Source of the DNA: a virus
Lineage: Duplodnaviria; Caudoviricetes
Direction: 5' to 3' (one strand)
Length of the DNA: 25,160 nucleotides
IMG/VR virus record: IMGVR_UViG_3300032216_000888
Location: 1 to 25,160 of that record
Position numbers and translations under genes: made by a program. Under the pieces are notes generated by a model. The model saw only the letters and a program-made list of their open reading frames with translations, did no database searches and had not been told where the DNA came from. Shown piece by piece: positions 1 through 8,534 of this stretch (positions are counted from its first letter, which is position 1; every line of letters starts with the position of its first letter).

Positions 1-49
1 GGTGTATTCGAACCGCGCAAATCAGCTAGCGTCAGAAAATTTCAACCGG

Positions 50-74
50 TTTATTGACAGCCTTTCTCAATAAA
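50..74. promoter_or_regulatory. Inverted repeat / putative operator (Fur-box-like) containing a TTGACA hexamer
   Basis: TTTATTGA-cagcctttc-TCAATAAA: 8-bp arms with a 9-bp spacer, ending 2 nt before the first ATG. TTGACA at 54-59, with no convincing -10. Confidence 0.4.
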
Positions 75-76
75 GC

Positions 77-1348
77 ATGACTATGGAAGCAAAGCTCAAC
101 GTTCAGATGGCGCAGCGCATCGAGCTGTGGCCGGTGGACCGTCTCAAGCCTTATGAGCGCAATGCGCGAACGCACAGCCCGGAACAGATCGCGCAGATCT
201 GTGCGTCGATTGCGGAGTTTGGTTTTACCAACCCGATCCTGGTTGATTCGAGCGATGGCATCATTGCCGGGCACGGCCGGCTAAATGCTGCGTACGCCAT
301 GGGGCTAAGCACGGTGCCTGTGGTGGTGCTGGATCACCTCAGCGAACGGCAGCGGCGGGCGTACATCTTGGCGGACAACCAGCTTGCGCTGAACGCTGGG
401 TGGGACACCGAGCTGCTGCGGATGGAGCTGACGGATCTTCAGGATGAAGATTTCGATCTGAGCGTGATCGGCTTTAGCGATGACGAACTGGCGGATCTGC
501 TGCCGGATGTAGAGGAACTGCCGCCGGAGGATGCGGACGCTGATGAGGTGCCTGAGCCACCCGTTGAGCCGGTCAGCAAGCCAGGGGACGTGTGGCTGCT
601 GGGAAAGCATCGGGTGATGTGCGGTGACAGCTTGAAGATGAAAGACACACGCCGATTGATGGGCAATACCCAAGCGGATGTGGCGTTCTGCTCCATGTCA
701 TTCACCGACCCACCTTGGAACGTGGATTATGGCGACAAGATTGAAGGCAGGGAGATTCTGAACGACAGCCAGCCAGAGAAACAATGGCGACAGTTTATAT
801 CCGACTTTGCGGCGAGCTTGTTTGATGTGACCCATCCAGGGGCAGCGGTCTACGTGGTGATGGGATCACAAGAATGGCCTGTTGTCGACGCCGCGCTTCG
901 CGCCGCTTCATTTCACTGGTCCAGCACCCTCGTGTGGGTAAAGGACCGCTTCGTGATGACTCGCAAGGACTATCACGCGCAGTTCGAGCCGATCTGGTAC
1001 GGCTGGAATGGCACAGCCCCGCGTTTAATGCCGTTGACTGACCGCACGCAGTCGGATGTTTGGGAGTTCCCTCGACCCAAGGTGTCGCCACTGCACCCGA
1101 TGACGAAGCCCGTAGAGTTGATTAAACGCGCGCTGACCAACAGCAGCAAGAAGAATGCGGTGGTAACGGACTTGTTTGGCGGCAGTGGCAGCACCCTGAT
1201 TGCGTGCGAGGAGACCGGACGCCAAGCGCGGCTGATGGAACTGGATCCGCGCTACTGCGACGTGATCGTGAAGCGATGGCAGCAGTTCACGGGCAAGCGC
1301 GCCACGCTCGAGGCAACGGGCAAACCGTTTCCTGAGGTTGCAACATGA
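77..1348 (+). CDS. ParB-like N-terminal domain fused to an N4/N6 DNA methyltransferase (beta class)
   Basis: ParB-like YERNARTHS..QI..SIAEFGFTNPILVD..IIAGHGRL. Catalytic DPPW precedes HPMTKP and the SAM-binding DLFGGSGST motif. Position upstream of terminase is typical. Confidence 0.9.
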   Translation: MTMEAKLNVQMAQRIELWPVDRLKPYERNARTHSPEQIAQICASIAEFGFTNPILVDSSDGIIAGHGRLNAAYAMGLSTVPVVVLDHLSERQRRAYILADNQLALNAGWDTELLRMELTDLQDEDFDLSVIGFSDDELADLLPDVEELPPEDADADEVPEPPVEPVSKPGDVWLLGKHRVMCGDSLKMKDTRRLMGNTQADVAFCSMSFTDPPWNVDYGDKIEGREILNDSQPEKQWRQFISDFAASLFDVTHPGAAVYVVMGSQEWPVVDAALRAASFHWSSTLVWVKDRFVMTRKDYHAQFEPIWYGWNGTAPRLMPLTDRTQSDVWEFPRPKVSPLHPMTKPVELIKRALTNSSKKNAVVTDLFGGSGSTLIACEETGRQARLMELDPRYCDVIVKRWQQFTGKRATLEATGKPFPEVAT

Positions 1349-1854
1349 ACCTCCAGGACTACGCCGAAAGCAGGGGCGAGTCGTACCAGACGCTGGCGCG
1401 ATGGGCAAAGCAAGGGCGGTTTAAAAGCATCCAGAAGAAAGGCCGCGCTTATGACATCTCTGATCCGCAGGCGCTTGATCGTGAGATAGCAGCGGGCAAA
1501 GCGCCGGATCGTGGTGGTCGAGGCGGTGCGCCGCCGATTGATGACGCGCTGCGCCGTAAGCAGGCGGATGAGCAAGCGGTGCCGTCGTTCGCACGAAGTC
1601 GCGCAATCCGCGAGGCCTATTCAGCGCAGATCACAAAACTGGAGTTCCAGCAAAAAACGGGCAAGCTGGTCGATAAAAGCGAGCTAAAGATGAAGCTTGT
1701 CAAGCTGCACATGGCAGTGCGCGATAGCCTGCGAACAATTCCTGACAGGGTGGCGCCGATTGTTGCTGCTGAAAATGACCAGGCCAAAATCCATGCGTTG
1801 CTGCTCAAGGAAATCGGGCAGGCGCTGGAGGGCTTGAGTGGCGCAGTCGATTGA
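1345..1854 (+). CDS. Terminase small subunit (Nu1-like)
   Basis: N-terminal HTH-like segment and helical C-terminus (GKLVDK..VRDSLRTIPDRVAP). Overlaps the start of the large terminase. Confidence 0.75.
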   Translation: MNLQDYAESRGESYQTLARWAKQGRFKSIQKKGRAYDISDPQALDREIAAGKAPDRGGRGGAPPIDDALRRKQADEQAVPSFARSRAIREAYSAQITKLEFQQKTGKLVDKSELKMKLVKLHMAVRDSLRTIPDRVAPIVAAENDQAKIHALLLKEIGQALEGLSGAVD

Positions 1855-3706
1855 TGATCTGTTGCAGGTATGCCGCGAGGCGCTGCGGTTTGAGGCTGAT
1901 CTAACGGTCAGCGAATGGGCTGATGCGCATCGAGTGCTGAGCGGCAAGGCATCGGCTGAGCCTGGACCGTGGCGCACGGATCGAACGCCATACCTGAAAG
2001 AGGTTATGGATTGCCTGAGCACCACCAACCCAATGCAGCGGGTGGTGCTGATGGCTGGAGCGCAGTTGGGGAAGACCGAGGCCGGTTCGAACTGGCTGGG
2101 GTACGTGATCGCGCACGCTCCTGGTCCGATGCTGATGGTGCAGCCGACCGTGGACATGGCAAAGCGGCTATCGAAGCAGCGGCTGGAGAGTTTGATCACC
2201 GAAACGCCATGCCTGAGTGAGCGGATTGCGCCAGCCAGGAGCCGGGATTCGGGAAACACGATGTTCTCGAAAGAGTTTCCGGGAGGAATGATGATCCTCA
2301 CGGGCGCCAACAGCGCGACGGGTCTGCGCTCTACTCCGTGCCGTTACATCTTCCTGGATGAGGTGGATGCGTTCCCGACCGATGTGGACGGCGAGGGCGA
2401 CCCGGTGACGCTGGCCGAACGGCGCAGCACGACGTTCAGTAGGCGGAAGATCTTTATGACTTCAACGCCGACGGTGAAAGATTTTAGTCGAATCGAATCG
2501 GAGTTCCTGCTGAGTGATCAGCGCCGGTATCACGTCCCATGCCCGCACTGTGGAGTGATGCAGTGGCTGAAGTGGGCGCAGTTGAAGTGGGAAGACAACG
2601 AACCGAGCACGGTGTTGTACGAGTGCGAGCACTGCAACGAACGGTTTGCTGAATCTCATAAGACTCAAATGTTGACAGCAGGGCAATGGGTGGCCACCGC
2701 GCCGGGCGATGGCAAGACGGCAGGCTTTCATCTGTCGTCGCTTTACAGCCCGCTGGGGTGGAAGTCGTGGGAAGAGGTGGTCGAAGATTTCCTACGCGCC
2801 AAGGGTGATGCTCCGCGCCTTAAGACATGGGTCAACACCGTGCTGGGTGAGACCTGGGAGGACGACTACAGCAGCAAGGTGGACGCTGCTGGCTTGATGG
2901 AGCGTTGCGAGCACTACGAACCGGCGATGCTGCCCGAGGGTGCGGTGGCGCTGACGGTTGGCGTGGACGTTCAGGACAACCGGCTGGCGGTGAGCGTGTG
3001 GGGCTGGGGACGTGATGAAGAAGGTTGGCTGCTGGATCACCAGGAGATTTTTGGCGACCCATCACGGCCGGAGCTGTGGAAGCAGTTGGATGAAGTGGTG
3101 CTGCGCGAGTGGCCGCACGCGCTGGGTGGGAAGCTGCGGCCTGACGTGGTGGCGATCGACTCAGGTGGCCACTACACCGCGGAGACTTACCAGTACGCAC
3201 GCGAGCGTGGGCGCCAGGGCGTGGTGGCGATTAAGGGGCAAAGCCAGCGGGGCAAGCCACCGATCGGCAAAGCAACGAAGGTGGATGTGAACCACAAGGG
3301 CAAGACGCTGAAGCGTGGCGCGCTGCTCTATCCGGTGGGTGGCGACACGATCAAGACAACGCTGTTCGGCAGGTTGAAGCACAACGAACCTGGCGCCGGC
3401 TACTTGCACTTTCACATGAAAACGACGGCTGACTATTTTGAGCAGCTCACGGCTGAGAAGCAGGTCCTGAGGTACAGCCGCGGCGGCTTCCCAACGCGCG
3501 AATGGGTGAAGAAACCAAGCGCACGGAACGAGGCGCTGGATTGCGTGGTCTACGCATACGCTGCGCTTAATCTGATGTACCAGCGATACGACCGCAGAAC
3601 GATCTGGGACCAGTTGGAGAAGAGGATCGAAACCCCTGTGGAGCGAAGCAGTGCCCCGCTGCTAAGATCAGGGAAAGCCACGACATCGTTCGCTAGCAAC
3701 TGGTAG
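1838..3706 (+). CDS. Terminase large subunit, lambda GpA family
   Basis: GPWRTDRTPYL, Walker A GAQLGKTE, Walker B YIFLDEVD, STPT, CPHC/CEHC, GVDVQ nuclease motif, RNEALDC. Confidence 0.96.
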   Translation: MAQSIDDLLQVCREALRFEADLTVSEWADAHRVLSGKASAEPGPWRTDRTPYLKEVMDCLSTTNPMQRVVLMAGAQLGKTEAGSNWLGYVIAHAPGPMLMVQPTVDMAKRLSKQRLESLITETPCLSERIAPARSRDSGNTMFSKEFPGGMMILTGANSATGLRSTPCRYIFLDEVDAFPTDVDGEGDPVTLAERRSTTFSRRKIFMTSTPTVKDFSRIESEFLLSDQRRYHVPCPHCGVMQWLKWAQLKWEDNEPSTVLYECEHCNERFAESHKTQMLTAGQWVATAPGDGKTAGFHLSSLYSPLGWKSWEEVVEDFLRAKGDAPRLKTWVNTVLGETWEDDYSSKVDAAGLMERCEHYEPAMLPEGAVALTVGVDVQDNRLAVSVWGWGRDEEGWLLDHQEIFGDPSRPELWKQLDEVVLREWPHALGGKLRPDVVAIDSGGHYTAETYQYARERGRQGVVAIKGQSQRGKPPIGKATKVDVNHKGKTLKRGALLYPVGGDTIKTTLFGRLKHNEPGAGYLHFHMKTTADYFEQLTAEKQVLRYSRGGFPTREWVKKPSARNEALDCVVYAYAALNLMYQRYDRRTIWDQLEKRIETPVERSSAPLLRSGKATTSFASNW

Positions 3707-3709
3707 GCC

Positions 3710-4279
3710 GTGAACATCCCTGCACAGATCACTGCTGGCGACACCGTGAAATGGCGGGACGTTGCGACCAAGGACAACCTTGGCAACGTGATCGATAGCA
3801 GCGCCTGGACGCTGACCTATTACCTGCGGACCAATACAGCAAGCGAAGGCGCGACGGCAGTGGCCGCGGCCTATGGCTCCGGCTGGGAAACAACGTTGAG
3901 CGCGGCGACGACAGCAGCTTTTGATGCTGGGCATTGGTTTTGGCAAGCGATCGCAACCAAGGCAAGCGAAAAGCTGACCCTTGGTGCTGGTCAACTGGAT
4001 GTCAGCGCTGCGCTCAATTACACGGGCACTCCCGGTGCATTTGACGGTCGGACTCAAGCGCACAAAGATTTGGACGCGGTGGACGCTGCAATCCGCGCCA
4101 TCGTCAGTGGTGGCGTGGTTCAGGAATACACGATCGGCAATCGACGGCTGAAGAAATACGATCTGACCGAGTTGCAGGTGCTGCGCTCTAGGCTGATTGC
4201 TGAGGTGAAGCGTGAACAGGCCGCGGCTTCGGTTGCGCAAGGTCTCGGCAACCCCCACAACCTCTTCGTTCGGTTCTAA
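3710..4279 (+). CDS. Head-tail adaptor (gpW-like C-terminal domain) with extra N-terminal domain
   Basis: Sits between terminase and portal. C-terminal helix-hairpin-helix pattern (AIRAIVSGGVVQEYTIGNRRLKKYDLTEL) resembles gpW. Confidence 0.7.
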   Translation: MNIPAQITAGDTVKWRDVATKDNLGNVIDSSAWTLTYYLRTNTASEGATAVAAAYGSGWETTLSAATTAAFDAGHWFWQAIATKASEKLTLGAGQLDVSAALNYTGTPGAFDGRTQAHKDLDAVDAAIRAIVSGGVVQEYTIGNRRLKKYDLTELQVLRSRLIAEVKREQAAASVAQGLGNPHNLFVRF

Positions 4280-5790
4280 TGGGCGTCCGATCTGCTATTC
4301 GCGAGCTGTTCAGCCGCACCGAAACGCCGATGCCAGCGCCACGGCGGCGGATGTTTGAAGGTGCCCGCACCAGCCGACTGACGGCTGACTGGGTGACAAG
4401 CGCCAGCAGCGTTGACGCTGAGATCCGATCGAGCCTGTATGCGCTGCGCAATAGGGCGCGGCAACTCTGCCGGGATTCGGACTATGCCAAACAGGCGCTG
4501 CGGGCAATTGCCAGCAACGTGGTTGGCCAAGGGATTCCGTTTCAGGCGCAGGTCAAACAGCAGCGCGGCAACCGTCTGAATACGCCGGTCAACGATCAGA
4601 TAGAGCAGCTTTGGGCGAAATGGAGCCGCGCTAAGTATTGCCACACGGCTGGCAAGCTTGGCTTTGCGGATATTGAGCGCCTGCTGGTGCGCAGCGTGGC
4701 CGAGAGCGGCGAGGTGCTGGTGCGAATGGTGAAGCAGCCATTTGCAGACTCCCCGGTGCCGATGGCTTTGGAGGTGCTTGAGGCTGATCTGCTTGATGAT
4801 CGGTACAACGGCAAGGTGGCCAGCAACGGCAACGAAGTTCGCATGGGCGTCGAGCTGGATAAGTGGCACCGGCCGGTGGCGTACTACTTCCTGCCGCGTC
4901 ATCCGGGCGACTACACCTTCAGCAACTCGACGCCGGACAATTATCTGCCGCGCACGCGGGTGCCGGCGGATGAAGTGATCCATCTATTTCTGACGGAGCG
5001 GCCTGGTCAGACCCGTGGCGTGAGCTGGTTTGCGTCGGCTATCAAGCGGCTGCATCACCTGAGCGGATATGAAGAGGCCGAGGTGATCCGCGCTCGGGCA
5101 TCGTCGGCGCTCATGGGTTTTATCACCAGCCCAGAGGGCGAGCTGCAAGGCGATGAGGTGCTCGATGGTGAGCGCGTCAGTTCGTTTGAGCCTGGTGTCT
5201 TCAAGTACCTGGCGCCTGGCGAGTCGGTCAGCGTGCCCCAGTTGGATGCTCCTGATGGGCAGTTCGAGCCGTTCATACGCGCCATGCTGCGTGCGGTTTC
5301 GGCTGGCCTTGGTGTTTCGTATGAATCAGTCAGCCATGATTTCAGTTCAACCAACTACAGCAGCAGCCGATTGAGCTTGCTGGAAGAGCGCGATACCTAC
5401 CGCCAGCTTCAGGCATGGATGATCGAAAGCTTCCACCAGCGCGTGTTTGAAGCATGGCTCGACATGGCGGTGCTGAGCGGCTCATTGGATCTGCCCCTCT
5501 ATGACCTGGACCCCGATCGCTACCGGCAGGTGCGGTGGATGCCGCGTGGCTGGGCATGGGTTGATCCGCAAAAAGAGGTGGAGGCGTACAAGGCCGCCGA
5601 GCTTGCTGGCTACATCACTAAAGCCGAGGTCATCGCTGAAAACGGTGGCGACATCGAAGATGTCTTCACGCAGCGACGCCGCGAGCTGGATATGGCCGAG
5701 CAGTTGCAGCTCTACTTCGACACCAACTTCCAGCAGCCTCAAATACCGGCGCCCCAGCCGGATCAACCCCCAGCTGGTTCTGCGCCATGA
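4279..5790 (+). CDS. Portal protein, lambda family
   Basis: LRNRARQL, SGEVLVR, GVELDKWHRPVAYY, RPGQTRGV, NYSSSR and WVDPQKE motifs. Confidence 0.96.
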   Translation: MGVRSAIRELFSRTETPMPAPRRRMFEGARTSRLTADWVTSASSVDAEIRSSLYALRNRARQLCRDSDYAKQALRAIASNVVGQGIPFQAQVKQQRGNRLNTPVNDQIEQLWAKWSRAKYCHTAGKLGFADIERLLVRSVAESGEVLVRMVKQPFADSPVPMALEVLEADLLDDRYNGKVASNGNEVRMGVELDKWHRPVAYYFLPRHPGDYTFSNSTPDNYLPRTRVPADEVIHLFLTERPGQTRGVSWFASAIKRLHHLSGYEEAEVIRARASSALMGFITSPEGELQGDEVLDGERVSSFEPGVFKYLAPGESVSVPQLDAPDGQFEPFIRAMLRAVSAGLGVSYESVSHDFSSTNYSSSRLSLLEERDTYRQLQAWMIESFHQRVFEAWLDMAVLSGSLDLPLYDLDPDRYRQVRWMPRGWAWVDPQKEVEAYKAAELAGYITKAEVIAENGGDIEDVFTQRRRELDMAEQLQLYFDTNFQQPQIPAPQPDQPPAGSAP

Positions 5791-6170
5791 TTCCCCCCGA
5801 CCGTTCTACCAATCCGGCCGCAGCCGAGTTTTTTATTACGCTGCTTCATGCCGCCACCAGCGGCCATGTCCTGCATTTGCAGACCCGGAGCTTTGCGCAG
5901 CACAAGACGCTGGATGATTTCTACAGCTCGCTGCCCGGCTTGGTCGATGATGTGATCGAGGCGTACCAGGGCAAGTACGGCTTGGTGCTGGATTATCCCA
6001 GCGGTTACACGGTGCCGATCACGGCGCCGATCGATTTCGTCAGTGCGCTCAGCGATTACGTCATGAGCACTCGCGCTAGCGTGGCATCAGATTCCGAAAT
6101 CCAGAATCTCGTCGATGAGATTCAGGATCTGATCGACTCGACCCTTTACAAGCTGAGGTTCCTGGCATGA
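5787..6170 (+). CDS. Dps/ferritin-like four-helix protein (DUF5856-like)
   Basis: HLQT.SFAQHKTLDDFY..L..LVDDVIEAYQG. H39/D43/D54/E58 have the +4/+11/+4 spacing of Dps ferroxidase ligands. ATGA overlaps at both ends. Confidence 0.8.
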   Translation: MIPPDRSTNPAAAEFFITLLHAATSGHVLHLQTRSFAQHKTLDDFYSSLPGLVDDVIEAYQGKYGLVLDYPSGYTVPITAPIDFVSALSDYVMSTRASVASDSEIQNLVDEIQDLIDSTLYKLRFLA

Positions 6171-8317
6171 ACCCGACCGGAGTGAACCAACGGGATCTCA
6201 ACGATGACATGGGTGCCCGTCAAACATTGATGCACCAGGCCCTTGAGGACGTGGTGGATGAGCTGGGGCAGTTTGACCAAACCATCGGAGACGACGGCGC
6301 TCACTACATGGGCCCGGATAAAAACGTTTTTGCTGCCCAAGGAATGCAGTGCTCGAACTGCGTGTTCTTCGAGGGTGGTCGCGCATGCGAATTGGTGCAG
6401 GGTGACATTGATCCGGCGGGGCTTTGTAAGCTTTGGATTATTCCCGAGACATTGCTTCCCGCTGACATGACGGAACCTGCTGGCGAACTTCCAGAGCGTG
6501 CCGCCAAGGCAAAGACCTTACGCCGCAATGAGGCGGTGTTGTTCGAGCGTGCCGCCGATGGCGAGGACAACCTCACTTACACCTTCCCGTTCAGCTCCGA
6601 GTATCCGGTGCAGCGGTACTTCGGCAACGAAGTCCTGAGTCACGACCTTGGCGCTGCTGATCTCAGCCGCATGAACGATGCCGCGCCGCTTCTTTGGAAT
6701 CACGACACCAACAAGGTCATCGGTGTTGTTGAGCGTGCTTGGATTGATGAGCAACAAAAGCGCGGTTACACAACTGTGCGGTTCAGTCGTAATGCGTTCG
6801 CCCAGGAAATCCTGGCGGACGTGCGTGATGGCGTACTGCGCAACGTCTCGTTCGCGTACTCTGTGGATAACATGGAGGAGCGCAGCGGCAACTTCGTGGT
6901 GACCAAATGGACGCCTTACGAAGCTTCAATCGTGAGCGTGCCCGCCGACAACTCTGTCGGAATTGGGCGTTCTCTCGACGCTGAACCCGCGGCCACCGCC
7001 GCAACACAACCCCAACCAGAACCAGAGGTTCACATGGAATCCACCCCTGATTTGTCAGTGGTGCGGGCTGAAGCGGCTGAGGCCGAGCGCAGCCGCATCT
7101 CCGGCATCACTGCCCTTTGCAGCAAGCACGGCATGTCTGATCTTGCTGGCGAACTCGTTCGCGGCGGCAAAGACATTGACGCAGCCCGCGCTGCTGTGCT
7201 GGAGCGCATCGGCTCCAAGCAACAGCCTGTGCGCGAGGTTTCTGACCTCGGCATGAACGAAAAGGAAGTTCGTGACTTCTCCTTCGTTCGCGCCATCAAC
7301 GCTCTCGCCAACCCCACCGATCGCGCTGCCCAGCGGGCTGCTGCTTTCGAGTTCGAGGTGAGCGAAGCTGCTGCTGCTCATTACGGCAAGGACAACCGCG
7401 GCATTACCGTGCCGATGGATGTGCTCAAGCGTGACTTGACGGTTGGCACCGCCACTGCTGGTGGTAACACCGTTGCAACCGACCTGCTGGCTGGCGATTT
7501 CATTACGCTGCTGCGTAACCGCGCCGTGATCATGGGTCTTGGCACCCGCGTCATGACCGGCCTGCAAGGCAACGTGGCTATCCCCCGCGCCACGGCCGCT
7601 GCAACCGCTTACTGGGTTGCTGAGTCCGGCGCACCTACCGAAAGCCAGCAGGCTTTTGATCAGGTGACCCTGAGCCCCAAAACTGTTGGTGCTTACACGG
7701 ACATCAGCCGCAAGCTGCTGCTCCAGTCGTCCCTCGACGTGGAAAGCTTCGTGCGTGATGACCTTGCCACCGTGCTTGGTCTGGAAATCGACCGCGCTGC
7801 CATCAACGGCTCCGGTTCTTCCAACCAGCCCACCGGCATTCTTCAGACCTCAGGCATCGGCTCCGTGGCCGGCGGCACCAACGGTGCTGCTCCCAGCTAC
7901 GCCAACATCATCGACCTGGAATCCCAAGTCGCTGTGGCCAACGCTGACATGGGCAGCCTCAGCTATCTGACAAACCCCAAGGTTCGCGGCAAGCTGAAGG
8001 GCACCTTCACCAACAGCACCTACGGTGAGATCCCCATCTACGGCGCTGACAACACCCTGAATGGCTACGGCGTCGCCGTGACCAACCAGGTGCCTTACAA
8101 CCTTACCAAGGGTTCTGCCTCCGGTGTTTGCTCCGCCATCATCTTCGGCAACTTCGCCGACCTGATGATCGGCATGTGGGGTTCGATCAGCCTGATGGTT
8201 GATCCTTACACCTCCAGCACCAGCGGCACCGTCCGCGTGGTCGCTCTCCAGGACATCGACATTGCGGTTCGGAACGCTGTTTCCTTCGCCGCCATGAAGG
8301 ACGCCCTGACCACCTGA
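6167..8317 (+). CDS. Capsid polyprotein: HiPIP-like Cys4 domain + HK97-type prohead protease + scaffold/delta domain + major capsid protein
   Basis: C62/C65/C74/C87 motif, protease signatures (FSSEYPV, LLWNHD, RNVSFAY, YEASIVSVPAD), helical scaffold region, then HK97-fold MCP motifs (AYWVAES, ISRKLLLQS, IIFGNFAD). Confidence 0.93.
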   Translation: MNPTGVNQRDLNDDMGARQTLMHQALEDVVDELGQFDQTIGDDGAHYMGPDKNVFAAQGMQCSNCVFFEGGRACELVQGDIDPAGLCKLWIIPETLLPADMTEPAGELPERAAKAKTLRRNEAVLFERAADGEDNLTYTFPFSSEYPVQRYFGNEVLSHDLGAADLSRMNDAAPLLWNHDTNKVIGVVERAWIDEQQKRGYTTVRFSRNAFAQEILADVRDGVLRNVSFAYSVDNMEERSGNFVVTKWTPYEASIVSVPADNSVGIGRSLDAEPAATAATQPQPEPEVHMESTPDLSVVRAEAAEAERSRISGITALCSKHGMSDLAGELVRGGKDIDAARAAVLERIGSKQQPVREVSDLGMNEKEVRDFSFVRAINALANPTDRAAQRAAAFEFEVSEAAAAHYGKDNRGITVPMDVLKRDLTVGTATAGGNTVATDLLAGDFITLLRNRAVIMGLGTRVMTGLQGNVAIPRATAAATAYWVAESGAPTESQQAFDQVTLSPKTVGAYTDISRKLLLQSSLDVESFVRDDLATVLGLEIDRAAINGSGSSNQPTGILQTSGIGSVAGGTNGAAPSYANIIDLESQVAVANADMGSLSYLTNPKVRGKLKGTFTNSTYGEIPIYGADNTLNGYGVAVTNQVPYNLTKGSASGVCSAIIFGNFADLMIGMWGSISLMVDPYTSSTSGTVRVVALQDIDIAVRNAVSFAAMKDALTT

Positions 8318-8326
8318 TAAGGAGCC

Positions 8327-8354
8327 GGGGGCGGGCAACCGCCCCCCTTTTTTT
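8327..8354 (+). terminator. Rho-independent terminator after the major capsid gene
   Basis: GGGGGCGG-GCAA-CCGCCCCC hairpin (GNRA loop) followed by T7. Confidence 0.9.
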
Positions 8355-8357
8355 CTC

Positions 8358-8534
8358 ATGATCAAAGTTCTCTTTTTACGCGACACCGTTGCCGCCTTCC
8401 AGGATGTGGAAGCTGGCCAGGTGATGGAGCTTCCTGATCAGGAGGCGAAGTATCTGATTGCGATCGGCAAGGCGACTGCTGAGCTGCCAGCACCCAAGCC
8501 TGCCCGAAAGGTGAAGGCCGATGGCGCTGAGTGA
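8358..8534 (+). CDS. Small 58-aa head-associated protein (not in ORF track)
   Basis: MIKVLFLRDTVAAFQDVEAGQVMELPDQEAKYLIAIGKA...KPARKVKADGAE. Fills the gap after the capsid gene (the gpFI position) and overlaps the next start. Confidence 0.75.
   Translation: MIKVLFLRDTVAAFQDVEAGQVMELPDQEAKYLIAIGKATAELPAPKPARKVKADGAE

Noticed and set aside
1-49. cos site call
   Set aside because: A GpA-type terminase implies cos packaging nearby, but no cosN can be identified in the visible bases.
54-82. Sigma70 promoter based on TTGACA
   Set aside because: No acceptable -10 at 16-18 bp spacing, and it would overlap the start codon.
1684-2310. Long antisense ORFs (also 4276-4983, 3668-4258, 12437-13087 and 23925-24572)
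   Set aside because: They overlap well-supported genes on the opposite strand, have no motifs, and are expected shadows in GC-rich coding DNA.
3947-3954. Cyanobacterial HIP1 octamer GCGATCGC (also near 22609)
   Set aside because: Only about two copies noticed in 25 kb, not clearly above chance.
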